Source: Squalus acanthias
Taxonomy: Eukaryota
Direction of reading: 5' to 3'
NCBI GenBank assembly: GCA_030390025.1
Contig: CM059432.1
Coordinates: 45,572,001-45,636,000 of the forward strand
Length of the DNA stretch: 64,000 nt
Shown here: piece by piece, positions 13,360 through 25,511 of the stretch
How the letters are laid out: each line of letters begins with the position of its first letter
How positions within the stretch are numbered: the first letter of the stretch is position 1
Made by a program: the position numbers and the translations under genes
The notes under the pieces: generated by a model
Database searches by the model: none
Told to the model about the DNA's origin: nothing
What the model saw: the letters and a program-made list of their open reading frames with translations, nothing else

Positions 13360-15092
13360 ATTGTGTCTGTGACACTGACATCCTCCACTACAGATGAGGT
13401 TTGAAGAGTAGAACAAAGGAGATTTACATTAAGGGTCATATTCCATTTCCAGACGTGCAAGAACCACAAGCCGATGACGACAAAAGGTCATTTAGCCCTC
13501 TAGTGACCTAACTCTCTCATTACAGCAGCCAGCTGCATTTTTAACCTCCACTGTCCCACTTGGAAAATTGCTCCAATCATTTATCATTTTTTGAGTGAAG
13601 AAGTTTCTAATGTCTGTTTTAAATTTACCTTTCATTAATTTGGATTTGTGTTCTCTGGTCATCCTTTCCCAGCTTGAGTTGAAGTAAATTTACCTTTTCC
13701 ATACCTTTTAATATTTTACAGCTCATCCTCTTTACACTTGAAATTAGTCTTGTTGCTCCCTTTGCATGCTTACAAGGCAATAAACAGCAAATTTAGAATT
13801 GTGTACAATCCCTCCAAATTTTACACTTGCATGATCCAAGCACAGAACCCTGTCCACCAGCAGCATTTAACAGGAAATCTCATCCATGCACCCAGGGCTG
13901 GGTTTTCCTCCATTTTGCCTTTGCCTTCCTCATCCTTCCCAATCACTGTTACCCTCCCTCAGGGCCACTGCTCCCCTCCTAACCCGATCGCACCCCCCCC
14001 CCCACTCCTGACCCAGTTGCCCCTCTTCCTGGTTGGCCCCCTTCGTGGTCTCCTTTAACAACTCAGCTGAGGGCCACTGCGAACTTCAAGTCATCTTCGC
14101 CGGCGTGCTACCTGGGATTGCTTGTCTCTGCAAAGAACTCTTTGGTAGTAATTACTGGCCTCACCAGCAGGCAGATGCCGTAGATGCACCTCTAGTGGTA
14201 TTGGTGGCCGCCAGTGAGATGATAATTAAAGGATTTTCTCTGATCCAGCCAATTTTGGTGGGGCCAGTGGTGGAGGTTCTGGGCAGGCACACCCCGACAC
14301 CTACGCTTTGGAAATTTTCGCCATCTTTATCTTTAAATAACAAACTTTTATTTAAATCTTCAAATTTGAGAAAATATGTTCTTTACAAACTTTCATCTTC
14401 TTTCCCTGAATTATGTCACCATTTGCACACTTTGGCTTATTTTCTGTTAACATTTTTGCAGTACCTTATGGACACCTGTTTCAACAGATACTGCACCTTA
14501 ATGCTAACAGAACCACTGTCCATCTTGGTGCCTTACACCAATTTAATATTATCATACTGTGCTCCAAATATATTCATTTGCTTGAGATGTTGTTTTAACT
14601 TCTTGTCTGTGAGCAATGCAGTGGAAGATCAAGTAATTTATGTGAAAGGTACCTTTTTTCACTGAATGTTTGCTGTTATTATTAATGAATTTTGAGAAGC
14701 CATGCTCATTTTTTTTTGCACCAGTGCTTTGATCTACAGATCATGCCAGTGTTGCCACCTCCTGGCACAATTGTGTAAATAAGGAATGAAGGTGAACAAT
14801 ATTACTGTTCACATGCTCGCAAGTTTAGGTTAAAGTAGTTTCTTTATCTTTTACACTTTAATGACTGTTTAAATTCAAAAAATTATCAGATTAATGGATT
14901 AGCTGCTATTTTATACTGTTTTGGATTATTTTCTTTTTGTGCTTTGTGCAATGGTCTAAGCTTGTATGCAGTTATGAAACCTACAAGTGTTCAACTGATT
15001 TTCGTTTCCATTGGAAAGGAGAAGAGGGTGGGGTGTATAATGTACAGCCAACCTGATACCACCTGTTTTGTGCCCCAGCTGAAGTTGAATTT

Positions 15093-16730
15093 TGTAAAAT
15101 TCGCAATTATCGCGATTCAAAATAACGAGATAGAGCAGATTCGTTTCATCAGTTTTATTTCAACGAAATGCTGTCATGATTAAACAGGACACAGAAGCCT
15201 GTAAAATGGCCGCCGCGCCTCGTGGCAGAAGCTTCCAGAATTTTCAGTGGGCAGACAAAATGGCGTTCGAATAAACATTTCAGTAAAGATTGGTTAATAC
15301 GCAGCAAACACTGATAAAGACAGGATGCAACCTGTCTGCATTCGACACAATAGCAAAGATATAAGTGCTGGAATCATTTTCCATGCACAAGTAAGGACCA
15401 TTGTAATGGGCAATCGAAGGCCCATCCAGATACATCAATACGCAAATTCCCCACGGCTCTACAATGAGAGAGCCATTCTCGGGTGATTAAGTCAGTATTC
15501 GAGGAGGCCCCAAAACCAGTCAGGGAGACTCCTAGCCGGTTCGACAATGGGGAAAACATTAACGGGTAGTTGGCCAGTTTAAGGTGCTACCGAAACCCAT
15601 TAAAGGAAAGAATCACCCCATACTGGGAATTTTGAGTGCCAAGATTTTACAAAGGATGAACATTAAGATTTGGGCGGGAGATAAGGGAACACAGCACTAT
15701 AACTATAGTGAACAAATGTCCATCGCTCTCTTGACTCTTATCTCGCTGCTGGCTGCTGAACTCTCTTATTCCTCTGATCCTCCCGGGGCTGATTCGTTTG
15801 AATTTGGAACGAGTCGCCTCGACGAAGGCCAGTAACCGGGTGCACCATCCCGAGGGTCGGTAAACGGTGTTCTGGACCCGAAGGCCCGACGAGACGAGAT
15901 GAGAAGAGAAGAAGAACAATTCACGTGCCGCCGCGGTCAGTAAACCCCGACCGCGCCCGTAAATATAAAGACCATTTTTGAACTCTATTAGGTTGCTGCT
16001 GAACCAGTGGAAGACTCTCCTTCGAATTCTATCGACAACTGGTGTCAATACAGGAAGACTCTTCTTTGAATTTTACCGGTTAACTGGTGTCGGTCCAGAA
16101 AGACTTTTCTTTGAGTTCTACAGCCGGGCCCGAGCACTGTCGAGTTCTTCATGACAACGGGGAGCCCAGCCTGCTAGCCGGAGCAGAGAAGATAAACAAG
16201 TGGGGTACAGAGACCCCTTCCAACACGTGACAGTCAGGTGTTGCAGCAAAACAAGCCGAGTGCCTCGTTTAAAATTCTCCGAAGTATCACGAGTGGTGAG
16301 CATGTTTCCTCGATCCTACAAATCTAGATTAGTGTAGGTATTGATAAGGGAGGGTGGTTTTTATTAAGGATAAATATAATGTGTTCCCCTTTTTACAATG
16401 TGCCGTGCATTCCTCATTACCCTAGACCAAGTTTTATGAATGTATGTATACTTGTACTGTCATTAATTTGTGCCTATGACATGTACTTCATGATTTTGGA
16501 CGTTATGCAATAAAGATTTCCATTTCGTACTATTCAACCGGGTCTATTTGAGTTTTTCTCTGCATTACTGCTCTCGCACCTAAGTCCAGTGTCAGAACCG
16601 TAAGGGCGAGTGGGTCGAACCACTCACAGGTGCTTATTGCAACAAGGCTGGCCGGAGACCAGAGCAAGCAATAGTATTAGGCAACGAAGGCCTAACCCCG
16701 CACAAGCACCCCGAACCGAAACCCCTTACA
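15093..16730 (+). mobile_element. Solo LTR (1638 bp), closest to the proviral LTR subfamily
   Basis: TGTAAAATTCGC...ACCCCTTACA ends; ATTT TSD at 15089-15092 and 16731-16734; colinear with 40349-42031. Confidence 0.95.
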
Positions 16731-17731
16731 ATTTTACCCCCAATGACGGTTTATTTCATGTGGATCAATAGAAATGAGGGAAGTGGCCCAAAGTCATCCC
16801 TTTTTCCTTATCATTGAGGGATGAGCATTTATATCAGCATGGCCCAAGGAAAAATGCAGATGGCTCTAAAGAGAATAAAAAGCAATGTAGTGAAAGTAAT
16901 TTTCAGAAAAATAAACCATGAAACAATGGTGGCCTCCATTAACCCCACGATTGAAGACTAAGTTGATTATACGGTACAGGTATTACTGTGTAATTGAATT
17001 TTCTATCATTGTAAACCAAATATAATTATGTAATTTGTACCATAAAATGTGTGCTGATCGGATTGCATCTTTCAAAATAAAAATATTTTATATGAAATAT
17101 TTGTCATTCTTTTTGTAGGAGGAATGAGTGCATAATGGATTAGAACTCATTCTTACAACTCAGGGGCCAGGTAGAATGTTGAACAGCAAAACAGTAAATA
17201 CAAGTCAGAAGTAGTCATGGTCAAACTGTGTAGTTTGGTCAGACCAGAAATGAAGTATAGTGTCCAGTTTTGGTCACCAAGACACAAGAGAAACATTCGA
17301 GCGTTGGAGCCAATGCAGATAAGAGCCACAAGATTGATCGCTAGTTTTAGAACTCTGAGTTATGAGAAATTGAAGAAACCTGGGGGCGGGGGGGGAGGGC
17401 TAAATTGGATAGCCCCCAAAAACAGGCGTACGGATCGCAATGTGCGATTCACCCGCGTCCGTTGATTGAAATGCTGGCTGCACGGCAACTTTGTGCTGCC
17501 TGCTCATTAGAATGATTTCTGTGTGCAACCAGCACTAACCGTGCTGTTCATTGACTGCACGCGTTAGCAGGGGGCCCAAAATTGTAACTTCTTAGCACCA
17601 CTTAAAGCTAGCCTGGACTGCTTAAAGCTAGCCTGCACCTCTTAAAGGGGAGGTGCATTGTGGTTGGCGCAGGTGCTGGGAGTCATGTAGGAAGTGAATC
17701 TGACCTGGGAAACAGTGATGAAAGGCACAAC

Positions 17732-19897
17732 ATGGAAAGAGCATGCTCCAAGGTTTTCAGACGCTGCACTGGAGCCCTTGGTGGAAGAAGTGGAAAGGAG
17801 GTGGGCAACACGGTGGCATAGTGGTTAGCACTGTTGCCTCACAGCGCCAGGGACCTGGGTTCGAATCCGGCCTCGGGTGACTGTCTGTGTGGAGTTTGCA
17901 CATTCTCCCCGTGTCTGCGTGGGTTTCCTTCGGGTGCTCCGGTTTCCTCCCACAGTCCAAAGATGTGCGGGTTAGGTTGATTTGGCTATGATAAATTGAC
18001 CCTTAGTGGTAGGGGGATTAAATACGTGGGGTTACGGGGATAGGGTGGGATATGTGTCGGTGCAGGCTCGATGGGCCGAAATGGCCTCTATCTGCACTGT
18101 GGGGATTCTGTGATTCTGTGATTCTGAGGTGAGATGCCCTGTGTCCACAGGAGGGCAGGAGACCCTCTAGACCCACAGTCAAAAGGCAGTGGGAGCAGAT
18201 AGCCATGGAGGTCAATGCTAGGAGTCAAGCCCTGAGGACCTAGATGCAGTGCCACAAGAAGTTCAATAGCCTCACAGGAGTGGTCAAGGTCAGTGAATGC
18301 ATCTTCAAATGCCATATCCTACCAACTGCACCCCTAGCCTCATCCACTGCTCAATTCACCACTCACCTACCAATAATCTCTATCAATCAGGACTCATACT
18401 TAGCATTCATATGCTTCAACTCACTCTCACACACTTAGCACTGCTGCAAGCCTCACATCCACATCTAACAGCTTGCACACACTGCCAGTTATTCAACCAT
18501 GACAGCCACATCACCCAAACAGATTGCACGACACTCACTGACACACATTCCTCTCTCTTGCAGGACAAGGTGGTGCACAACTGGAGGCTGCAGGAGCTAT
18601 CGGAGGGGGACAGGTGTGCCTGCATGTCCTTACCCCCATGGAGGAGATTGTGCTGGCCATTATTGGAACAGCCATTGCTGAGGCCGTGGCGAGCGGCGGG
18701 GCTGAAACCATCGAAGATGATGGTATCCTCATACCTAATCCTCCTCCTCTCAGCTCACTTCCCCCTCATTCCACAATCTCTTCTGATTTACAAGCTGCAG
18801 ATGGTGTAAGCATGCACCTCCTACTTCCCCCCACCCCTTACCACAACCTTACCCTTGTGCCTTTTCCTTTCAGATACCCAAAAGGTGCAACCTGGCCAGG
18901 CAGTGGAGGAACTTCAAGAAGAGAATGATGATGAAGACAGGGCACCAGTACTTGATTTCACACTCGCAGCCACCAGCTCAGATATAGACACTGCGCCTTT
19001 CGTAGAGGATAGATTAGAGGTAGGATCTGCATGTAGTGAGACACCGGGCACAAGTGCGTTGCAGCCAAGGCAGGGGGCAAGGAGAGCGTAGGTGACAGCT
19101 CGCCGGAGGGTGAGGTCGCACACGGTTTCTGCTGCAGAGGACTCAGATGAGGACTTCGATGGGGCAGCCTTCAGAAGAACACTGATGGGTATGCACCCCC
19201 AAATGCTTGGTGCATTGGGAATCCTGCCAGAAAGCCTGCATTCAATGTTAAGGAGCATGGAGGGGTACAGCACCAACTTGCCGCAGAGCTTGGAGCTCAT
19301 CCTTTCCAGCATGGAAGTGGTGGCCAACTCTATTCGCACACTTGTGGACCCAACCATGATGCAGCGTCTGATGGCTGATGTCACAGCTTCCATTGCAGCA
19401 CAAGCAGTAGCCACCCAACGTCTGCATGCTGAAGTGAAAGCTCAGACTGCTGCCATCATGGCTGCACTTACCAGTGTTCAAAGGGGCTTGCAGGGTGTCA
19501 CAGCAGTCCAGCAATCTGTCCTCCAAAAGATTACTAGGAATGCTGATGCACCGCCCCGGAGGAGTGGCCATGGCTCCCTGGAGCTCGAACCTGCTGTCCT
19601 CTCTCAAGATGACAGCATTTGTGATCGCACCCCTGCCACTCCACCAGTGCCCTTGCTGTTGCTGCCAGCCATCCAGCCCAGACTGTTGCCGCCCATGCCG
19701 AAATGTTGCAGTCATCAACCAGGCATTCTAGGCCCAGAGCTGCCTGAGGTCATCCTCCAAGGCCATCTGCAGTCTCCCCCACTGAAAGTCAGCAGCCTTC
19801 CACCAGCAACGCTGCAGCCACTGAAGTAGCACTGTGTAGGAGCACTAGGACAGGCAAAGGCACACACAAGACAGGCACTAATGCACAAGAATGATTA
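17732..19897 (+). pseudogene. Harbinger Myb/SANT-like partner gene of copy C; exons 17732-18288 (SINE inserted), 18564-18722 and 18874-~19897
   Basis: APRFSDAALEPLVEEVERR...EVNARSQALRT*MQCHKKFNSLTGVVK|GTCAGT; TTGCAG|GACAAG; GATG|GTATCC; TTTCAG|ATACCC. Confidence 0.8.
17803..18125 (+). mobile_element. tRNA-derived V-SINE (HE1-like)
   Basis: A box TGGCATAGTGG, B box GGTTCGAATCC, V-core GTGTGGAGTTTGCACATTCTCCCCGTGTCTGCGTGGGTTTCC, CR1-type tail (GATTCTGT)n, GAGGT TSD. Confidence 0.92.
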
Positions 19898-21914
19898 GTT
19901 GACTTTTGTATGCAATATGGCTTGATTTCATTTATAAATTTGGTTTGAAATTTAATTTGTGTTGGCTTTTATTTTTGCACTGTGGCCAAGTGGATGCGAT
20001 AAGGTCAGTGACAGAGTGAAGGTAACATGTGGGACTGTTGATGAATGGGGTATTGGGGTTGTGGTTACTGGCATCGCACTCGAATTAGGTCTTCATGGAC
20101 AGCTCGGCCAGAAAGAAACTGTCTAGGTTGCTTTCTCCCTTCCTTCTCTTCATCTTCTTCCTCCTCTTGCTCCTCAGCTGCTCACTGTATAGCTGGTGGC
20201 AAGGGCTGTGCCCTCACGATGGTGCAGTTGTGCATGCAGCAGACCATCTCGAACCTTGACACCCATTCTGCTGACATCTGCTCATTGTCCCAGTCATGCT
20301 GTATTCCAAGGGTAAGGCCTACTAGTGCACCCATGTCTGGGAGCAACTGGTTTGTGCAGAAGCCTTGAAGTCAGCAAAAGTCCTTCAGCACCTGCCACAC
20401 CACTCCCTGTAGACTTTAACAACTTGTAAGAATTATGGAAAGCACTAAACACTTGTAGAATCGTAGGAACAGCCAGAAGAAATCAACCAGCAACTAACCT
20501 GTAAGTAGTTGATGATCCCTTTAAATAAAGCAGGTGGGGGGTCTTTCCTGCTGCTTAACGCGTGTTCAGCTGTGTGAGAATCAGAGAGGGCGTCGGTTGG
20601 AGCGTTGAGCTCCAAACTGGCACCGCTGGCGTCATGACGTCATGATCTGCCTGCTTTGCATGCTTCCAGTAGACGTGAGTTGCGTGCGCCAGCACCCTCA
20701 CCAAGATGGCATCCGGTGCGATTCATGGCAGAAATGTGCGCACACGCATCTGACTGCCATTTTGGTCCCCGAACGGCATTTGTAGCGCCCAAACAATGGT
20801 CGCTACCGAGCCCAATTTCACGCCCATGGACTTGTCAACCTTGAAAGTAGGTGTCAGAGGGGTGATCTTAGAGCTGTATGAGATAATTAAAATTATTAAA
20901 AAGATAAATACAGAAAATTAAATTAAATGCAAAATTAGGATAAGGAAACACAGGTTCAAACTATAAGTGGACTTTCAGGTAGAGTAGTCGAGGTGAAAAC
21001 CCTTGAATTTTTTAACAACCAATTTGATGCCGCATGGGAAGACTCCATGGTCCTTCTGGATGGATGAACTAAAATAGGTTGAATAGCCTTCTTCAACTTG
21101 TGGGTTGGAATCCATCCAAGGTGATTTGATTAAGGGCTCTCTTTCGAATGGATTTCAAGGTTCTAACTGAAATGAATTTGAACTCTCAGTTCACAGTGTG
21201 TAATTCCTCAGCACAAAACATTATACATTAATGGTAAATTGGTAATCCAATTCAGAGAGGGTGCAAGGATGGTTAGTGAGGAAAATGAAAATGTGAAGAA
21301 TGAAATACTTTTCTATATGGTTCATATCAAGCAGCATCTGACCAGAATTGAGGAAACCTATTTAATATGCATTATACATTAACCTGGCAGTGCTTGCTGC
21401 AAAAGTGGGAACTGGCTATCTATTAGCCCTGACATTAGTATGTCATTTCACTTGCAGTTTAAGAATTTTAAAATATCAATTTTGCAGAGATAATTTGAGA
21501 CACAGATTAATGCTATTGATGTATTACAGCAGGCATTTCACACCAGATTTATGATGGTACAGTATTAATTTGGTGATGAAATCCTAGTTCACAATATCCA
21601 AATTATACTCCAGTTTAGTTGATCTGCCTAATTGATGACTCGCCAATGGATTCTGTCTGGTCCAACATCACAGCTTAGCTCTTTCGGGCTGGGACTGACC
21701 ACAGGTCTCCAAAACCAAACATGTGTCCTGACATCACAACATTACAACATGCTGACTATTCACCACCACTACCCCATAAGACTTGTAGAGTTACATTGGT
21801 AAGTAGACCAGATAGATTATGCATTCCACATCAGGAGATCTCATTTCCTCTGCGTGTGTAGAATTATGTATGTACAACTCAAGACATTGCCCTCCACTTT
21901 CCAGATGATTTTTT

Positions 21915-22290
21915 GACCCTTCGCCACCTCCTCATTCCCATCCCCCTCGCCACTCATCAATCTCCATCTCCCTCCTCTCCTTTTGCATCCTCCTCCCTCT
22001 GTTCCTCGCCCTGTCCTTTCGCCCCTGTCCTCTCAATCGCCATCCCTTTCCCCATTTCTCATTATCTCATAATCCCTTCTCCCTACCTCTCCCCTTTTTT
22101 GCTCTATTCACTGCTCTCCTCACTCCTCTCTCCTTTCCGCTCATCGCCTACTGTTTTTCTCCCTCCTCTTCCCACTCACCTTCTGAAAACTCTCTTCCTC
22201 CCTTTCCTACTCACATCCCTGCTCCCCTTCCCTGCCTCCCACTCCCATTTCCCCATTGATTCCATTATCCGCTACCCTCTAACCCTACTT
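21915..22290. repeat. Pyrimidine-rich low-complexity tract
   Basis: Almost exclusively C/T on the + strand. Confidence 0.7.
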
Positions 22291-22980
22291 GACCTGAAAA
22301 ATTAATAGTTATAAAAGCAGAACAGAAAACTAAGCATCCAAGCTTACATTATTAAGTCTTTAATCTATTGGAGGACTGTTCGCAACCTTGGCGTCCTATT
22401 TGACCCTAAGCTGAACTTCTGACCCCGGCACGGGCTCGACGGGCCGAATGGCCTTCTTCTGTGCTGTAACCATTCTATGATTCTGATCCTCTCCATCACA
22501 AAGACCGCCTACTTCCACCTCCTTAACATCGTCCCTCTCTGCCCCTGCCTCAGCTCATCTGCTGCAGAAACCCTCATCCATGCCTTTGTTACCATTAGAC
22601 TCGACTGTTCCAATGCACTCCTGGCTGGCCTCCCACCTTGCATCCTCCGTAAATTGAACTTATCCAAAACTGCTGCCCGTATCCTAACACGCGCCAAATC
22701 CTGTTCACCCATCACCCCTGTGCTCTCTGACCTACATTGGCTCCCGGTCTGGCAACACCTCGATTTTAAAAGTCTCATCCTTATTTTCAAATTTCTCCAT
22801 GGCCTCGCCCCTATCTCTGTAACTCTCTTCCAGCCCTACAAGCCTCCGAGATTTCTGCGCTCCTCCAATTCTGGCCTCTTGCGCATCCCTGATTTTCTTC
22901 GTTCCACCATTGGCGTCCGTGCCTTCAGCTGTCTAGGCCCTAAGCTTTGGAATTCCCTCCCTAAATCTCTCCGACTCTCT

Positions 22981-24620
22981 ATGAGGTTGATTCTGGAGAT
23001 GAAGGGTTTGTCTTATGAAGAAAGGTTGAGCAGGTTGGGCCTATACTCATCGGAGTTTAGAAGAATGAGAGGGGATCTTATTGAAACATATAAGATTCTG
23101 AAGGGGCTTGACAGGGTAGATGCAGAGAGGATGTTCCCCCTCATGGGGGAATCTAGAACTAGGGGGCATAATTTCAGAATAAGGGGGCACCCTTTTAAAT
23201 CGGAAATGAGGAGGCATTTCTTCTCTCAGAGGGTTGTGAATCTTTGGAATTCTCTTCCCCAGAGAGTGACTGCCCTTGACATCAAGGCAGGAGCCCTAGT
23301 AAAACTGAAGTCAATGGGAATCAGGGGGAAAACGCTCCACTGGCTGGAGTCATATCTAGCCCAAAGAAAGACGGTTGTGGTGGTTGAAGGTCAATCATCA
23401 CAGCCCCAGGACATCGCTGCAGGAGTTCCTCAGGGCAGTGTCCTAGGCCCAACCATCTTCAGCTGCTTCATCAATGACCTTCCCTCCAACATAAGGTCAG
23501 AAATGGGGATGTTCGCTGATGACTGCACAGTGTTCAGCGCCATTCACAACTCCTCAGGTATTGAAGCAGTCCATGCCCACATGCAACAAGACCTGGATGA
23601 CGTTCAGGCTTGGGCTGATAAGTGGCAGGTAACATTCGCACCACACAGGTGCCAGGCAATGACTATCTCTAACAAGCAAGAGTCTAACCACCTCCCCTTG
23701 ACATTCAATGGCATTACCATCACCGAATCCCCCAATATCAACATCCTGGGGTCACCATTAACCAGAAACTTAACTGGACCAGCCACATAAATACTGTGGC
23801 ATCAAGAGCAGGTCAGAGGCTAGGTATTCTGCGGCGAGTGTCTCACCTCCTGATTCCCCAAAGCCTTTCCACCATCTACAAGGCACAAGTAAGGAGTGTG
23901 ATGGAATACCCTCCACTTGCCTGGATGAGTGCAGTTCCAACAACACTCAAGAAGCTTGACACCATCCAGGACAAAGCAGCTCGCTTGATTGGCACCCCAT
24001 CCACCACCTTAAACATTCACTCCCTCCACCACCGGCGTACCATGGCTGCAGTGTGTACCATCTACAAGATGCACTGCAGCAACTCGCCAAGGCTTCTTCA
24101 GCAGCACCTCCCAAACCCGCGACCTCTTCCACCTAGAAGGACAAGGGCAGCAGGCGCATGGGAACACCACCACCTCCAAGTTCCCCTCCAAGTCACACAC
24201 CATCCTGACTTAGAAATATATCGCCGATCCTTCATCATCGCTGGGACAAAATCCTGGAACTCCCTACCTAACAGCACTGTGGGAATACCTTCACCACATG
24301 GACTGCAGCGGTTCAAGAAGGCGGCTCACCACCACCTTCTCAAGGGCAACTAGGGATGGGCAATAAATGCTGGCCTTGCCAGCGACGCCCACATCCCAGG
24401 AATGAATAAAAAAAAAGGTTGTGGAGGCTGGGTCATTGAATATATTTAAGGTGGAGATAGACAGATTTATGAACGATAAGGGAGTCAAGGGTTATGGGGA
24501 GCGGGCAGGGAAGTGGAGTTGAGGCCAAGATCAGATCAGCCATGATCTTATTGAAAAGCGGAGCAGGCTCAAGGGGCCAAATGACCTACTCCTGCTCATA
24601 CATCTTATGTTCTTATGTTC
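22981..24620 (+). mobile_element. CR1 3' fragment (22981-23267 and 24417-24620) nested in L2
   Basis: GLSYEERLSRLGLYS..RRMRGDLIETYK..FFSQRVVNLWNSLP; (TTCTTATG)n tail at ~24603-24620. Confidence 0.88.
23268..24416 (+). mobile_element. Second CR1-group LINE lineage, 3' fragment with poly(A)
   Basis: GVPQGSVLGPTIFSCFINDLP..FADDCT, YKAQVRSVMEY and WNSLPNS; 3' end GGGATGGGCAATAAATGCTGGCCTTGCCAGCGACGCCCACATCCC followed by A9. Confidence 0.85.
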
Positions 24621-25511
24621 TATCTCTCTCTCCTCCTTTAGGATGCTCCTTCAAACCTACCTCTTTGACCAAGCTTTTGGTCACCTGTACTGTCAAGTTT
24701 GGGTTGATAATCACTCCTGTGAAACGCCTTGGGAATTTTGCTATGTTAAAGGCGCTATATAAATGCAAGTTGTTTTTGTTGTTATGTGTTGCATTCTGAA
24801 CTTTGAGCTACGGTGACCTCCAACTTGCGTCAATTTAGCCATCATCTTTCTGCACCGCTACCGACTCTCATTCCTACGCAACAACCTCCATCCTTGAACT
24901 TTCTACCCTTCAAATAGCTTCTGGACTTCACTCACCTGCTTTGGACAGCGGTTCGTCGATGCTCCGTACCGGCCCATCATGCTTATGTCGATTTTGTCCT
25001 TCCATAGGGCCTCTGACTTTGACCCTGGTCTCCCTACTATTGTCTCCAACCTATTCCCTGCTACCAGGATATATGTATTCCATTAATTATTACATTTAAA
25101 CAGGCCTCTGTAACCTGAGCTTTTCCTGTGCCCATTCGTGTGCACACTTTGGCTGTTGCTCCGGACCCGAGCCATTCAATACTTTTCCAGTTTTTCCCCA
25201 TCTTTTCCTTTCTCTCTATCCCTCCCTGACCGCTCTCCCCTGTCGTCATGCCTCCTTTCATCTCTCCTCTCTCGGATACTCTGCCCTCCCAAATCCCTAC
25301 CCCAACCCTTCATTACTCATCGACTGTCTTACTTTCCTGCCAACGTCCCAGGCTTGACTCCCCCTTAGATAAGCCTACAGCTTCCCTCTGTGCCTCTCTT
25401 AGCATCCTATGAAGGGCCCATCGAGGCACTCGTTGCTACCGCCTTATGAGCAGCAACCCCAACTGTCCCATCTTACTCTCTCGATGATCTTCCCGCCCAG
25501 CGCGCCCACTG

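Larger units (their letters stand above)
17383..20825. mobile_element. Harbinger copy C, both termini present, transposase mostly deleted (non-autonomous derivative)
   Basis: GGGCTAAATTGG at the left and CCAATTTCACGCCC at the right; CTG/ATG 3-bp flanks; transposase N- and C-terminal remnants are joined at ~20275 on -. Confidence 0.85.
17190..21100 (+). mobile_element. Old CR1 3' fragment (17190-17382 and 20826-~21100) split by Harbinger copy C
   Basis: LVRPEMKYSVQFWSP...RATRLI...LSYEKLKK on the left continues as GLVNLE-like, RGDL-like sequence on the right. Confidence 0.65.
22373..24790 (+). mobile_element. L2 LINE 3' fragment (22373-22980 and 24620-24790) hosting nested LINEs
   Basis: TLIHAFVTIRLDCSNALLAGLP and LHWLPV; ends AAAGGCGCTATATAAATGCAAGTTGTTTTTGTTGTT. 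A short CR1 tail is also inserted at ~22424-22486. Confidence 0.88.

Noticed and set aside
14033..14665. 210-aa ORF
   Set aside because: No motif; it spans a probable old repeat and AT-rich spacer.
17803..17875. tRNA gene
   Set aside because: It is the tRNA-derived SINE head, continuous with the V-core and tail.
21488..21556. Candidate host exons (TTTGCAG..GTACAG here; TTTGTAG..GTAGAA at ~17119-17170)
   Set aside because: All three frames contain stops and no recognisable protein.
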